A DNA stretch of 63,481 bases, filler included, from Choristocarpus tenellus KU-1152 (GCA_964200185.2; 8 parts of 8 records of this genome joined end to end with filler, not necessarily neighbours in it); one strand, 5' to 3'. Counted from the whole stretch's first letter, positions 13,019-26,325 are shown. Made by a program: numbers and translations. Notes: generated by a model not told the origin, from the sequence alone.

Positions 13019-16000
13019 ATGGGGAACGGTGAAACGAACTTTAGCTTACCTGAGAGGAATGCCCTAGACACCACCTACAACAACAACAGGAGTCCGTCTG
13101 AGTGTGGTGATGCTGCCAACAGTGGCTACATCGAATCAACAAGGCGAAATTCCCACGGCAGACGACCACAACATCTACTGAAGGTGTTGGTGTCGCTGGC
13201 TACTACATTGATCCTTGTGGTGTGCACCCAAGTCCTCGAGGTGATTCTGTTGGCGAACGGGTATCGTAGAACGTGGCCACTGTCTGATTGTTAAAGACTT
13301 TTCCCGTACTTGCTGAGAAGAAGCATCAATTTAGATCAGATCCCAGCCCTCTCTCGGCCAATGGCAATTGTGATTGAGTCTGTGAGCTGGGCGGACGTAC
13401 TTTTAAGCCAACGTAACGGATTTGCTGCGCTGGCGAGGGTGAGTCCAAGTAAAGGTTGGCGAATATAGCAACATATTTGTTTTGGGGCTTGTTTTATGTA
13501 TTCCCTTAAACGTTGGTACAGTAATCTCCTCACGAGAAATGTAGTGTGTGTCTTGGAGGGTTAAAGATGGACAGTGAGGGATGACAGAGCTTCACAAGCG
13601 AGTGACCCTTGTTGCTGCAACGCACAGTGTTAGTCTTCTTTCGATCGGTTGCTGCGATAGACAACCGTACTTTCTATCCCCACTCCTCTACCTCATAGAT
13701 CACCATTGTTCCCAACCGACCCATCTTACTGCTCAGGGTGTCAGGTGGAGAAATGTAAGCACGTTGAGAGGGACGACAAGCTTGAGATCGTCGGTTTTGA
13801 ATGTTGAGAACGGTGTGATGCATGAAACATCATTTGCTGGGGTAGGGGGGGGATCAGGGTTCCCTCCACCTGGGCCGCGCCGTGCGCGTTTGGCTTACTT
13901 GATCATGGCAAGCGGGGAGGAGGAGGTGCAAAAGACTAAACGCCTACTCAAAGTGAGTCCAGTTCGGCGAGTACTCCCCCTCATTTCGGCACTTGAGCTC
14001 ATATTTTTTATTTTTCAATAGGTTCTTTTCATGACTTCTCATTCCAGACCACTGGTCGTACCAACAAGGACAATTACAGTATTAGCTGTGGTTGCACACA
14101 TTTTAGTTCCGAGATAAAATTGTTTTTAGACAGGGACTGTTTTTCAAGAAGCCAATATGATGGTAAGGTCTGTTGGAATTTATAACTACTGTGGCGCTCT
14201 TTGACATTGAGCATGATGCCTGTAAAAACTGAGTAGTCGATGAGTATAGTCTGATATCTAACAGTGGTGCTCTCGACAGCGATTATAATAGTGTTGTAAT
14301 GGACACAGATAGGGTAGGGTTGGAGAGTATGCCTCCACTCACTATTTCTTGGAACCCTAACCCTTCCTGATCCTTGCCTGCATTTGCCTCTAACTGAAAC
14401 TGTCTGTTTGCTTAAAATCCCAACTGTTTGCCCTAAAGGTTGCCAAGGAAATACGGAAAATAGTAACTCTCATCCCTAATCTTTGGTCGATAATTCTAGA
14501 GGAATCATTATCTTTTGTTTTGTCATGTATTCATTCTGCAAGTGCCTGTGATGTATTTATGATGTGGTTGTTACTATTAATCTTGCCTACATATGCATTA
14601 TATGTGTGTGTCAGTGATGTAGTTTCTCCTTCAATATTTGGCAGTCGTGAGAGGGGTTGTGGAGAATGGCAATATATTTTTTCCCACCTTGGACAGTGTA
14701 ACTGCCAGCGTGTGTATTGACCTCTTAACACAATCCTCAGTGACATTTGTCCAATCATCTTCATTGTTCAGGATAAGCTCAACATCACCTAACGAATCCA
14801 TAATATTTCTTGTCCTGAATAATTCTTGAGCTCATTTGCTCTACAGTGACCTAGTGACCCTTATCGCTTGTAAGGAGCAAGTGTTGTGTGTCGTTGATTA
14901 TGGTCATGCATAATGAGTTAATGCAGGAGATGATCACATGTGAATTGATTTGTCTTAAAAAAAAATTGCAAAGTTGGGTTAGGGTTAGGGCAAAGTTGCA
15001 GCTGTGGGGGTAACTAATCCGGTCCTGTCATTTTTTAGTGATGGAGGCATGATCATCAATTCTCGAGAGACCATAAAATAGTTCAATTCGAAGACTTCTC
15101 ATTTTGAAGTATTTTTGAGGTATTGCTGTGAATTGTTTTAGAACCTGGGATTCTAGAATTAATAGTGCTATTATTATTTGATTGGAAGTGGACCGACAAC
15201 TCTTTCCACCACTTCTTGATGATCTCACCAAGTCATTTTTGTTGTCATTATTATTATTAATATTATTATTATCATCATTATTACTGTTATCATCATTATT
15301 ATTACTATTGTTATTATTATTGTTATTTTACCCCATATTATTATTTATATTTTTCAGTTATTTGATTTGATTTTTTATGCCTTGTTCCATTCCCCCATAC
15401 AAATCCTCAGTGTTGCACACCCTCAGGAAACACCTTCAATACAACAAAAAGTCAGGTTTGGTACCCTCTAGTCAATTACCAGGGTGCCTCTTTACTCTGT
15501 GATTGTATATGTCTCACCTACTCCACCGAACCCTAACCCTAACCCTATCCCTGACCTGTGCGGGGACTCCCAACTATTTAATTCCAACCCTCTTTGGGCC
15601 AAAATCTGTAAGATGCACTATTGAAAATAGTATGATGTATCAGAGTACATGATACATGATATTGGAACAGTTAAATCAGATGACTGAAATGATATCAGAA
15701 CTGATAATTTCAGAACAATTATCCTGTTTTCCTGGTTCCAGCATCAAAGTCCAAGAACGACTGAATAACAAATTGGCTGTCAAGACTGTAACTGTCAAGA
15801 CTGTAACCGACAAGAGTGTAACCGCCAAGACTGTACCTTTCATTTTTTTCGTCTTCACTACTCCACCAGGATCACATGTAATGTACTCAACATCTCAAAA
15901 CGTACTGTCCTTTTTGATGTACTTGATCAGCCCTGTGTAGGTTATTTCCTAAATTCAAAGAGAGTCCAGAACTGTAAAATGAATTCATTTTTTTTCAAGT

Positions 16001-19000
16001 AAATAAAAAGAATAAAATCAGTGACCTCGGAGTGTTCTATGATCACACCACTGTCAAATTGGGGTTGTCACTGCCCTGCCTCTGTTTTCCCCACTGAGGG
16101 TTAGGGTTAGGGTTGGGGTTTTGGGTAACCCTAACCCTTCCCCACCCAGTTCATACTATTTGTACTACTATCAATATTTAGTGATGCTAGTTATTTCAAA
16201 GCACCCTACTACTGCTACTACTACTACCTCAAGTACTTGAAAAAGGTTGTACCTACTATAGTGCTTGGAGTATGACAAGTCAAGTCAAAATTCATACTGA
16301 AAGTCATACTGGAAATAGTGCAATCAGTCAGTATAACATAGGGATGCATTTACTATTACTATTATTACTATTAATATTATTACTGTATTGAGTACAAGAA
16401 GTAGTTAGGGTGATACTGGCAAAACTTTATTCACTGAGCAGTGTCTAAGATGAATTGTTGACATTTTTATTTCTATTGTTGTTTCAAGAAATTTCGGTAA
16501 CAACATGTTCCCAAATCGTGATTTTTTATTTTTCAAATTTTACCATAAAATTATTTTTATTTTTGTCAGCATTGAACAAAACGCTAGTTGCGTCAATGAT
16601 TTCGACCTCTCCCATGAGTGCCTCATGATTATGACATCATCCTCGTGATTATGACATCATCTTGACACCATTCTTCTAATCATCACGTGTGGATGTTTTT
16701 GAATGGGAACTCAAAGGCTATCCATGATCCAAGGAATTTCTACCTGGTGCACCTGGACAGAAAGACAGGATCAACCCTTCGAGGGGACCTAGAGACTTTT
16801 GCTCTTGACCTTGGAGATAACATACGGTGGGTAACCACTGTCGTCATAATAACACTACTGATAATAATCATAAAAATACTACTACTAATAACAATGATGA
16901 TACAATAGTAATTTGATTTAAAATAATATAATAGTAATGGTGATAATAATATTAATAATTAAAACAGCGATAATAATAATAATAATAGCGACATTAATAA
17001 TAACAATAATAGTACAACTACTAACAATTATAACGATAATAGTAGTGATGATAATAGTAATAATTAAACAATAATAAGAATACTAAAACTACTACTTATG
17101 ATAACAATGATAATAATAATAACGATAATAATCTTGATAATACTACTACTAGTGATACTAATGGTCATAGTAACAATGAATTAATACCAATGATAATGAT
17201 AATAATATATATATTGATAATTAAAATGAACAGTACTAAAAACATGTTTGTGAAGTTGGTAGGCGATGGTGATAACCACGGTGCATTAGACGTTCTGATT
17301 ACTATACCCATATACCCTTTGTCACCAATGTTTGTAGTGTTAGGGTTAGACCTAACCCTAACCTTTACTTTGGTTGAAAGATTGAAGTGTCAAGACCACC
17401 TATTCAGTTCATGTTGTCAAGTGTCAAGAGCTTTGAGTATTTCTAGTTTGCTGCAAACTTGGTTGAGATATTGGTATTATATATGAGATATTGGTGGGCA
17501 ACCTTTTTAGTGTCTGCGCAATACACCAATAAAATAATAATATTATTATTATAGTATATCAGTAATTGTAATAATAATAGTAATAGTAATAGTAATACAA
17601 ACATGTGAACAAAAAATCTTGATTCTTCATTGGTGATGCAGAAGTTAGGGTTAGGGTTAATTCCAAACGGAGGAAGTATTAAAACAGACATAACGAACTC
17701 TATGAGGGGTTAGAGTTAGGTTTGTTTTTCAAAGACCTCTTGGAACCTATATTTGGAACAGACCTCTTGGAACCTTAGCCTACGCCTGAAATGAAAACTC
17801 TAACCCTGAACTCTCAACTCTCAACCCTAACCCTAAAGGGAGTGTGACAAGAACAACAATGAAGACAATACTTTTGAAGGGAAGACTATTTGTGACATGT
17901 TGTTAAGATTGTCAAGAGAAAGCGCCATCCACAGTAGCAGTGCTCAGAACACATTTACCACATGGCAGTCATAGGGTTAGGGTTAGTGTTAGTGTTAGTA
18001 CTCAACGACACTCCCCTTTTCTTAATTGTAAGTTAGATGGAGTCACTATATAGATCATTGACATACAAATTGTCCTACACATGAATATGCAGTCTATGAA
18101 CTGGAAGATTGTTCTTTTTTTTCTGTTCCACTAACATTCAGTTCTACTAACATTCAGTTCAGTTTCAGTTCTTATTCCTGTCAGTTGTTAGGAATAACGC
18201 CTCCCAAGTATGTGGTAACCGGCATACTCATCATCATAGCAACCCTAACCCTAACTTGTGATTGTTGGAATCTCTTGTTTTTAGACTGAGACTACCACAG
18301 GAGATTTGATTGCGATCTTAGACTACTGTCGGAGACTTGGGTCCTGCAGAATATTTGATTGTTGATTGGTGGAGATAACTACTCTCTTGAGTTTTTGTGT
18401 TTTTTTTGCAGCATTTAAGTTTTATATTGATATTTTAAATTGATATGTTATATTGATATTTTATATTGATATTTTATATTGATATTTTAAATTGATATGT
18501 TATATTGATATTTTATATTGATATTTTAAATTGATATGTTATATTGATATCTTAAAATCTGCAGCACAAAAACAATAAGAATGGTAAGGTTTTGATTGTG
18601 GTGGTCATGGCTATTACACTTGCTCCTTTATCATTTATTATACTTCAATTATTGTACATCTTTTTAATTTAATTTTACTTTTATGTGACCAACAGTATGC
18701 TCACACCTTCATTGGACGTGTCTTGGGGAGGGTACTCCATCACTCTCACTGCCCTCTTTGGACTGTGCACAATGGTGCAGTGGACCTCTCAATGGGACTA
18801 CTTCATCAATCTCTCTGCTTCAGACTTCCCCCTTCTATCACAGGTACAGGAATATCACATGTTCAGAACCAAGCAATGTTTACATGCAATCTATGACGTT
18901 GGTTAGGTTGGTGCATGAACACCATGAATACGTCACTCTAGTACTGGTACTTGTTACTTGTTACTTGGAAGTCCATGACATGAGGGTTAGGTTGATGCAT

Positions 19001-22000
19001 TTAGTCATTTATTATGTCACTCTAGTACCAGCTCTTGGTCCTGGAAGTCCTTGACATTGATAAGACTTGCTCATGTATTCTATTGATATTGATATGTTGT
19101 TACTATTGTACTATGGAGTATTAGTGTTAGATACAGGTAAGTACATCATTGCATTTGGGAATTAGTCAGCCTATCCAACTTGTCTGTACATCCAATACAC
19201 CTGATTTCAAGTAGTACAAGATGCCACTTAAGTAGTACAAGATATCACTCATGTAATCACACACTGCATCCCCCCCACTTGAACTACACTTACACACAAA
19301 TTGCACTGGTTATTCTCATAAGGGTCAGGGTTAGGGTTAACTCCTCTGCTTGGTGTTAGAATCTGTCTGTGTTGTTTGTGCTTGCTTAGGGTTAGGGTTA
19401 GGGTTAGGGTTAGACATTTCTCGCCTCTAGTCTAGTCTAGCATGATACCCCAGTACACACAATTACTCTACAACATTAATCATAGTGCAGAAAGTCCACT
19501 ACTACTAGCACTATAGTAATATATATATTTTTCATGTACTCCTAATATTATTGTAACTGTTGTCGTTATTTCATTTTTTATGAGATCTGTATGCCAAATC
19601 TGGTCTAGCACAGTACTCTTCAATTATTTTGAGGCTTTCCTATGTGAACACCAAGAGTCGACTCGAATATGTTCACATTGGACCGTCTCAGGTACCAACT
19701 ACCAAGTATTTTGAAACACCATGTACTGTTTTGCTTCTAGTTTTTTTTTGTCTGTTTTGAAGGTTAGGGTCAGGGTTAGTCTCATGACTTTAGTCTCACG
19801 GCTGTACTACCTGCAACGGTCCATGTCCCCCCCCCTTCCACAGACAGGCAGTCTGACACTCTGACTCCTAAAAATAATTCAAATTACAAAAAAAAACTGT
19901 TCTGATTTTTATTGTTGTTAGTTGATTTCCCCTTGTTATCGTTGTTACATTTCTGTGGTCACCCCAGGAAGAGATGTCCTTTGTCTTGGGAAATGTAGTG
20001 GGACGAGGTGTGAACTTTGTACAGGGTGGTCCTCTCAATGAGCGCAACAGGGTAGAGGTGTACGTCGATGACCAGGGTCTCTACAGGAACACTCAGGTAT
20101 TCAGTTACTCTAGAGTAGTGTAGGTACTCTAGAGTAGTGTAGTTACTCTAATGTAGTGTAGGTATTCTATAAAAGTGTAGGTACTCTTCAGTAGTGTAGT
20201 TGCTCTACAGTAGTGTAGTTGCTCTACTGTAGTGTAGGTACTCTACAATAGTGTTTACTGTACTTTATAGTAGTGTGGTTACTCTTGGGTGGTGCAGTAC
20301 AAGTGATTTGTCATTTGAGCTAACTAGTACTTAGGTATTCACACATGGTGGACACAACAGTAACTTCACTTTAGATTTAAGGTTTGGGCCCACCTTGGCC
20401 TTGACATGTGGAGGGAGTGTTGACTGTCTTTCGTAATGTATAGTTTATTTTGTATTTTGTAGGATGGCATTTGGTGTTTATTTCTACTAACAGTGTTCTA
20501 GGTCTAGGGTTAGGGTTGTGGTCAGTTGCGGATTGGTTGAAAGGGTTTGCCTTCTCTCTGCAAGAGCATTTTGTTGTTGGAAATTGAGGTAGTGTTAGGG
20601 TTAGGGCATACTAAGTATACAAATGTTGAAGGGAGTACAATATACTTTTTTTTGTGAGAATATTATGTGATGATATTATGTGTTTGAAGATGATGCTGGA
20701 TTGGAAACACCTGACTGTGAAGGGTTAGGGTTTGCTGTGGGTACTCTGTACCTTGCATTGGAGAACGGTTATGCCTGCCTGTATCAAAAATGACTACTTT
20801 TTCTCATTCTTCTCTCTTTATATATGCATTGTAGTATTTTTAGTGTATATATATGTATTGGAGATAGAGGTTATCTTTGTGTGTTGAAATCCCTCTATCC
20901 CCTAAATATTCCCTCTTAGATTCAAATACTCCCTGTCTGATTCAAATATTCCCTGCTTGTGTGAGTAGTGGTGAATAGAAGTTAAATATAATATTAAAAG
21001 TTAGGGTTCGTCATATTGGTCATGTGGTTTTAAAATTTACTCTTTGTATCTGTTGTAATTTCAATTTTGAAAAATTCCACTTTTTAAAAATATTTGGAAT
21101 GTTCCTCTTGCCTAACATGTCAAATAATAAATAACACTGTAAAAACTAACAGTCCAAGTACTGTACCAAGTACACTACAGTGTGAGACTGTTTTAGTCAC
21201 AAATACAGTTGGGTAATACGGTCTGTGCTTAGTGCACAAGGTTCAGCTTATTGATACAGGTCATGCCATACCACCAGTGTGTGACTGTTGATGCTGAACC
21301 ACTTGGATGTTAGTATTAATGCTAATGATCTAATGAAGGCAGCAAGGTATCAGATACCACACTAGGAGATTGACTGCTTAATGTTGATTGTTGATTAGTG
21401 ATTAGTGATTGGCGTTAATGTTGATTGGTGATTAGTGATTGGCGAATGGCGATCAATTCACTCTTTGTTTCCCCTCCATGGGGATAATAACTTGGGGTTA
21501 GGTGCATCAGCTGAAGTATGTGGTTTGTGAAGCCACACTCTATCTCCTTCTTAGACACCCGTATAGTGGGTTAGGGTTAGGGTTCACCTTCTTTGATTCA
21601 TCCTTTGCTGTGCAAGTCTGTAAGCTACAATACCTGTTAATTTTTATTTTTTTTAAATTTTACACTGTTCTCGTACCATAGTTATTTTATTGTTTATTAT
21701 GGTGATGGGGGTGACCTCAAGGACCACTTCCATGCATTTTTTATTTTTTTTATTGTTGAAATCTGTAACATACTAATAACAACATAAAACATACTAATAA
21801 CAACATAAAACATACTAGTAACAACATAAAACATACTAATAACAACATAAAACATACTAGTAACAACATAAAACAGACAGAAAAGGCTGGACATCCTCTC
21901 AAATTCAAGAAGCCAAGACAGCCCCCCAGCGAGTCCATGTTCACTGTGTTCAAGGGTGAGTTATTCGAGCCAATGAATGACATTAAATTATATCCAATAT

Positions 22001-25000
22001 TAGTCGATACATCTATCAGTATTAGTCGATAATGCTGTCAATATAAGTCGAATAGTGCTATCAATACCACCTTATTTTTTCGTGTAGGTACTACCATGTA
22101 CTGTTTATTGTATCATATTTTTATTTATACTCTGTGCTGTCTGCCTGTGTGTCTATCAGATGGTGTCTGGCATATAGCATCATATTTTGTTACTTACTGA
22201 CTTTTTCATACTATTGATTATTACTGTTGATTAATACTATTGATTAAAATTGTTGATTAATGCTATTGATTATTACTATTGATAGCCTCGAAACAAGACT
22301 CTTTGGTATACTACAGGTAGTGTTGCAGTGTTTGTATTTTTCATTCTGTGGTAAGCTATGCCCTACAAACAGCATTTGTAGTTACAGTTTCATTACCTTG
22401 GTCATTTCAGCATTATTATAAATAGATAGGGAGTGCTTTGGGGTAGTTGGTATGGTGGGAGATTTTGATAGTTTTCCTTTGCAAAAGAGAGCTAAGGTAG
22501 AGTATTTTGCTTTGTTTGATATGGATGTATTTATTAGCAGAGTGAGCACAGCTCTCGATAGTGGGGGGTGTGCTCTCTCTTATTATCTTACTGTTTATTG
22601 CATATGTCAACTGACACATCAGCGGACACATCAAAACGTGTCCTGCCGTTACATCATTCTATGTCACTTATCCTGTGTAGCTAGTACTATGTCAGTAACC
22701 CTCCATCAATCCATTTATATCAAGTAATAAGAAATCGATAATCTGAGGTTCAAACCCACTACTCTAAGCACACGAAAACAAGTCAATGACACTTGTTCCA
22801 CTTAGGCAACACTCCTGTTGTCTAGTAGTGGTCACTAAACACCTATAAACCATATAGACTATCAGCCTACATTGCACAGTTCCATCATGGACTGTGAGAG
22901 TAGTGTTAGTATTTTTTTTATTTGATAAAGTAAATTCCCTTGTTAAGTAGAAAAATGATGCAATACTGTATTAGTAGAAATGCGCACTATGATGACCCAA
23001 AGTACTTGAGGGGTAGGCAGGTTTGGACTCCTTTTTCAATCCCTAACCCTAATCCTAACCCTGTCCAACATATGTTATTTGATAGCCTTATGAACACTAT
23101 AGTGTACCTAAAATTGTTATCCCCCCTTCCACACACAAAGTGACACCGTGACTAAGCTAAAGACTCTGCAATGGTACAAAAAGGTGTACCTTTATGTTTT
23201 CACTGTTTTTTATCCTTAGAGTGCAACTTCACCTACCTCTCTATTTCCTTTTCTCAATGATACCTGCTGGCACTCAAGGTTAGGGTTAGGGTTACTGGCA
23301 TTTCTTTCACCTGTTTTTTTCCTCCTCTCTCATCTTTGTTTTTTATTTATTTAATTAACTATATATATATATTTTATTCTTTTTTATCGGAACAGGAGAG
23401 TTCTGGGTCATACTTCACCGATCTTTTTGTGAATACATCGAAGCATCACCTGACAATGTCGCCAGGTCTCTGCAGGCAAGTTTGCTCCCCACAGTGCCAT
23501 TCTCAGTGTGTGTGTGTGTGTTTTTTGTTTTAATAATTTATTCATTAGGGTTAGGGTTGATTAGAGGAGAAGTATGTTATTAATTAGAGACCACAAGACT
23601 AGAGTGTGTGGAATTCGTTTTTTGAACTGACTAGAGTGCAACTCAGACAACTATTTGACAATTGAAGGTAGTGCAAACTTGAGGTATAGTACCTATGGGT
23701 TTTTTTGACCCAGTGCTGAGTGGTTTAGTGAAGACACCTATCAAGATGCTTCCAATCTCTCAATACACAAACGAGATGAAAGTAGAACTCTGAGTGGTTT
23801 AGTGAAGACACTCTATATTGTTTATTTTATTTTGTATGTCCTACTTGGAAGTATTCCCTCCTCTGACTACATACACCTATACCACTTTTTATTTTCCATC
23901 TATAGTGGGTTAGGTATTCTATTAATAGTACAATTATTGCATGATACTCTATACTAATAATACACTGTGTGTATGTGTGTGTGTTTATACTAATATTGGC
24001 AGGCGTACTTTTCCCGGTTTAGAATATCTGATGAGAGCTACTTTCAGACAGTGCTATGCCACCCACAGGCACCAAACTTCCCAGTACAAAATGTGAGTTT
24101 GGACTGTTCATATTGAACTATTCTTACTGAACTGTTCTTATTGAAATATTCTTATTGAAATATTCATATTGAACTATTCTTATTGAACCATTCTTACTGA
24201 ACTGTTCATATTAAACTATTCTTACTGAACTATTCTTACTGAACTATTCTTATTGAACTATTCATATTGAACTATTGGGGGTATTGAGAACAGCAACAAG
24301 AGCAGAGGCAAATCAATGTGCATCAATTCACATCAATTGAAAATAGTGAGAATAGGTCTTGCAGTACGGATATCACTGAGGTGGATGGATGGATGTGTGG
24401 AAGTTAAATTTTCTCTTTTTCATTGTATGCATTATTGTGTGTGTTATTTACTCCAGTATGAATTTGTCATTATTATATTATTATTAATTTTTATATACTA
24501 ATGTAGTTCATTGTATTTATAGTGCAGTCAGTACTTGTAATGGTAAAATACCCTAACCCTAGCCCTTTCACTGAGTGGGGAATTACAAAGTGTGTTTCTA
24601 GTGATACCTCTTGTCTGCAGGCCATCATACATTGGGTCTAATGTTCATCTTAGAAGTACTCAGCATTAGCGATCACTAATAATAATAATAATAGTAATAA
24701 TAATGATAGTAATAATATCAATATTACTAGTAGTAATAATATTAAAGTATATCTTTATTTGCTGCTCTTCTCTTTTCCCTTGGATGATAATACGAAGGCA
24801 TCCTTGTTAATAGAAATGTGCAACTATTAATATTAATTGTTAATAGAAATGTTCAACTATTAATATTAATTGTTAATAGAAATGGTCCACCTCACTGTTC
24901 CGTGTTCTGTTACATGTTTTCAGTAGTTGGTATGTTTGCATACAATTTATTTTGTTTTTTTGCGTTGATTGGTATACCTACCTACACCTCTATTGAACCT

Positions 25001-25585
25001 ACCTGCCATATTGATCATCCAATCACATTCGCTAGTTTGCAAGTACCACTTTATTATTATAACTTTCAGGTGTACAGTAGACCCGTGACCTCTATCACTA
25101 AAGACTGAACACCTATTTTACAAATCACTCATCTCTGTGGATGTTATGGATGTTATGGATGATATGGATGTTATGAAACATGGCGCTCACTCTCTTAATT
25201 ATACTTTGCTATGCACATATCTATAGACATATTTTCCTCTAACCCAGTCAGTCCCCTTGGAGGTATTGATAGCCCTTACTTACGCCTACTATCATTCCTG
25301 AGTACAAGCCGTTCCTGTCAAGGTGCCCACCATGCTAATTATTTTAACAGTGCCCTGTCCCTAGTCCATCGTCGCGCCTTCCTGTACATCCAATACCACC
25401 CACCACCCCGTTTCCCTAACCCTAACCCTAACCCTAACTGGCATTCAAAGGACAACCTGAGGTATGTTGCATGGCCTAAGGTTACTGAAGGTCACTATGT
25501 CCTACACCCCAAGCCGATCACTAGCAGAAATCTGGAGACTGCTCGACACAGCGGTGCCCTCTTTGCCAGGAAGTTCACCCTTGAT
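13019..25585 (+). CDS. Glycosyltransferase family 14 (Core-2/I-branching beta-1,6-GlcNAc-transferase / xylosyltransferase-like), type II membrane protein, at least 10 exons, 3' end not identified
   Basis: Phase-consistent exons: 13019-13240, 13340-13438, 13737-13952, 16717-16826, 18696-18843, 19968-20096, 21877-21955, 23396-23475, 24003-24092, 25451-25585. GT14 motifs: RLAYLI, AIHDPRNFYLVHLD, VSWGGYS, WDYFINLSASDFPL, FKGEFWVILHRSFCEY, DESYFQTVLC, DNLRYVAW, LFARKF. N-terminal TM helix LLKVLVSLATTLILVVC. The first two exons are less certain. Confidence 0.92.
16845..17225. repeat. Degenerate (AAT)n low-complexity tract after an exon donor
   Basis: About 380 bp rich in aataataat/aacaat. Confidence 0.8.
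18423..18555. repeat. AT-rich 13/14-bp minisatellite
   Basis: Repeated atattgatattttt/aa units. Confidence 0.85.
20101..20290. repeat. 20-bp minisatellite immediately after an exon donor
   Basis: Unit about tactctagagtagtgtagg/t, roughly 9 copies. Confidence 0.85.
21767..21876. repeat. 21-bp minisatellite ending at a splice acceptor
   Basis: Unit aacatacta(a/g)taacaacataa, about 5 copies, ending aaacAG. Confidence 0.9.
24101..24276. repeat. 14-bp minisatellite just after an exon donor
   Basis: Unit gaactattcttatt, about 12 copies. Confidence 0.9.
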
Positions 25586-25845
25586 GTGCGTTTTTTTTTT
25601 TATTGTAGTGTTAGTACTAGTACCAATTGTAAGTACCTCAAGTACCAGGTACTAGCTGGAAGTACTTTGGAGTGATGGTCTTACTTGTGCTGTACTTATC
25701 GATCTAAATGACTACTTTCACCTTTTGTGTGGTAGCAATGCTCTACTTCTGAATCCCCAGTCAGTGTGTGTTGGCTCACCTCTTCCCAATACTGTGAAGG
25801 CGTCTTAGCAGGTTGGTCTTCATTGGACCAAGTGAAGTGTTGTCT

Positions 25846-26325
25846 TGTGATGTAGTGTACTATAACTGTGATTATGATGTAGTGTACTCTAGATGTGATT
25901 GTGATGTAGTGTACTATAGTGGTGATTGTGATGTGATTATGATGTATTGTACTATAGTTGTGATTGTGATGTAGTGTACTATAACTGTGATTGTGATGTG
26001 ATTATGATGTATTGTACTATAGTTGTGATTGTGATGTAGTGTACTATAGATGTGATTGTGATGTGATTATGATGTAGTGTACTCTAGATGTGATTGCAAT
26101 GGGATTGTGATGTAGTGTACTCTAGATGTGATTGTAATGTGATTATGATGTAGTGTACTCTAGATGTGATTGTAATGTGATTATGATGTAGTGTACTCTA
26201 GATGTGATTGTAATGTGATTATGATGTAGTGTACTCTAGATGTGATTGTGATGTGATTATGATGTAGTGTTCTATAGTTCTGATTGTGATGTGATTATGA
26301 TGCAGTGTACTATAGTTGTGACAGT
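25846..26325. repeat. 30/40-bp compound minisatellite
   Basis: Unit gatgtagtgtactctagatgtgattgt(aatgtgattat), more than 10 copies. Confidence 0.9.

Noticed and set aside
15182-17691. Hydrophobic Leu/Ile-rich ORFs from the ORF track
   Set aside because: Translations of intronic (TTA/AAT)n low-complexity DNA.
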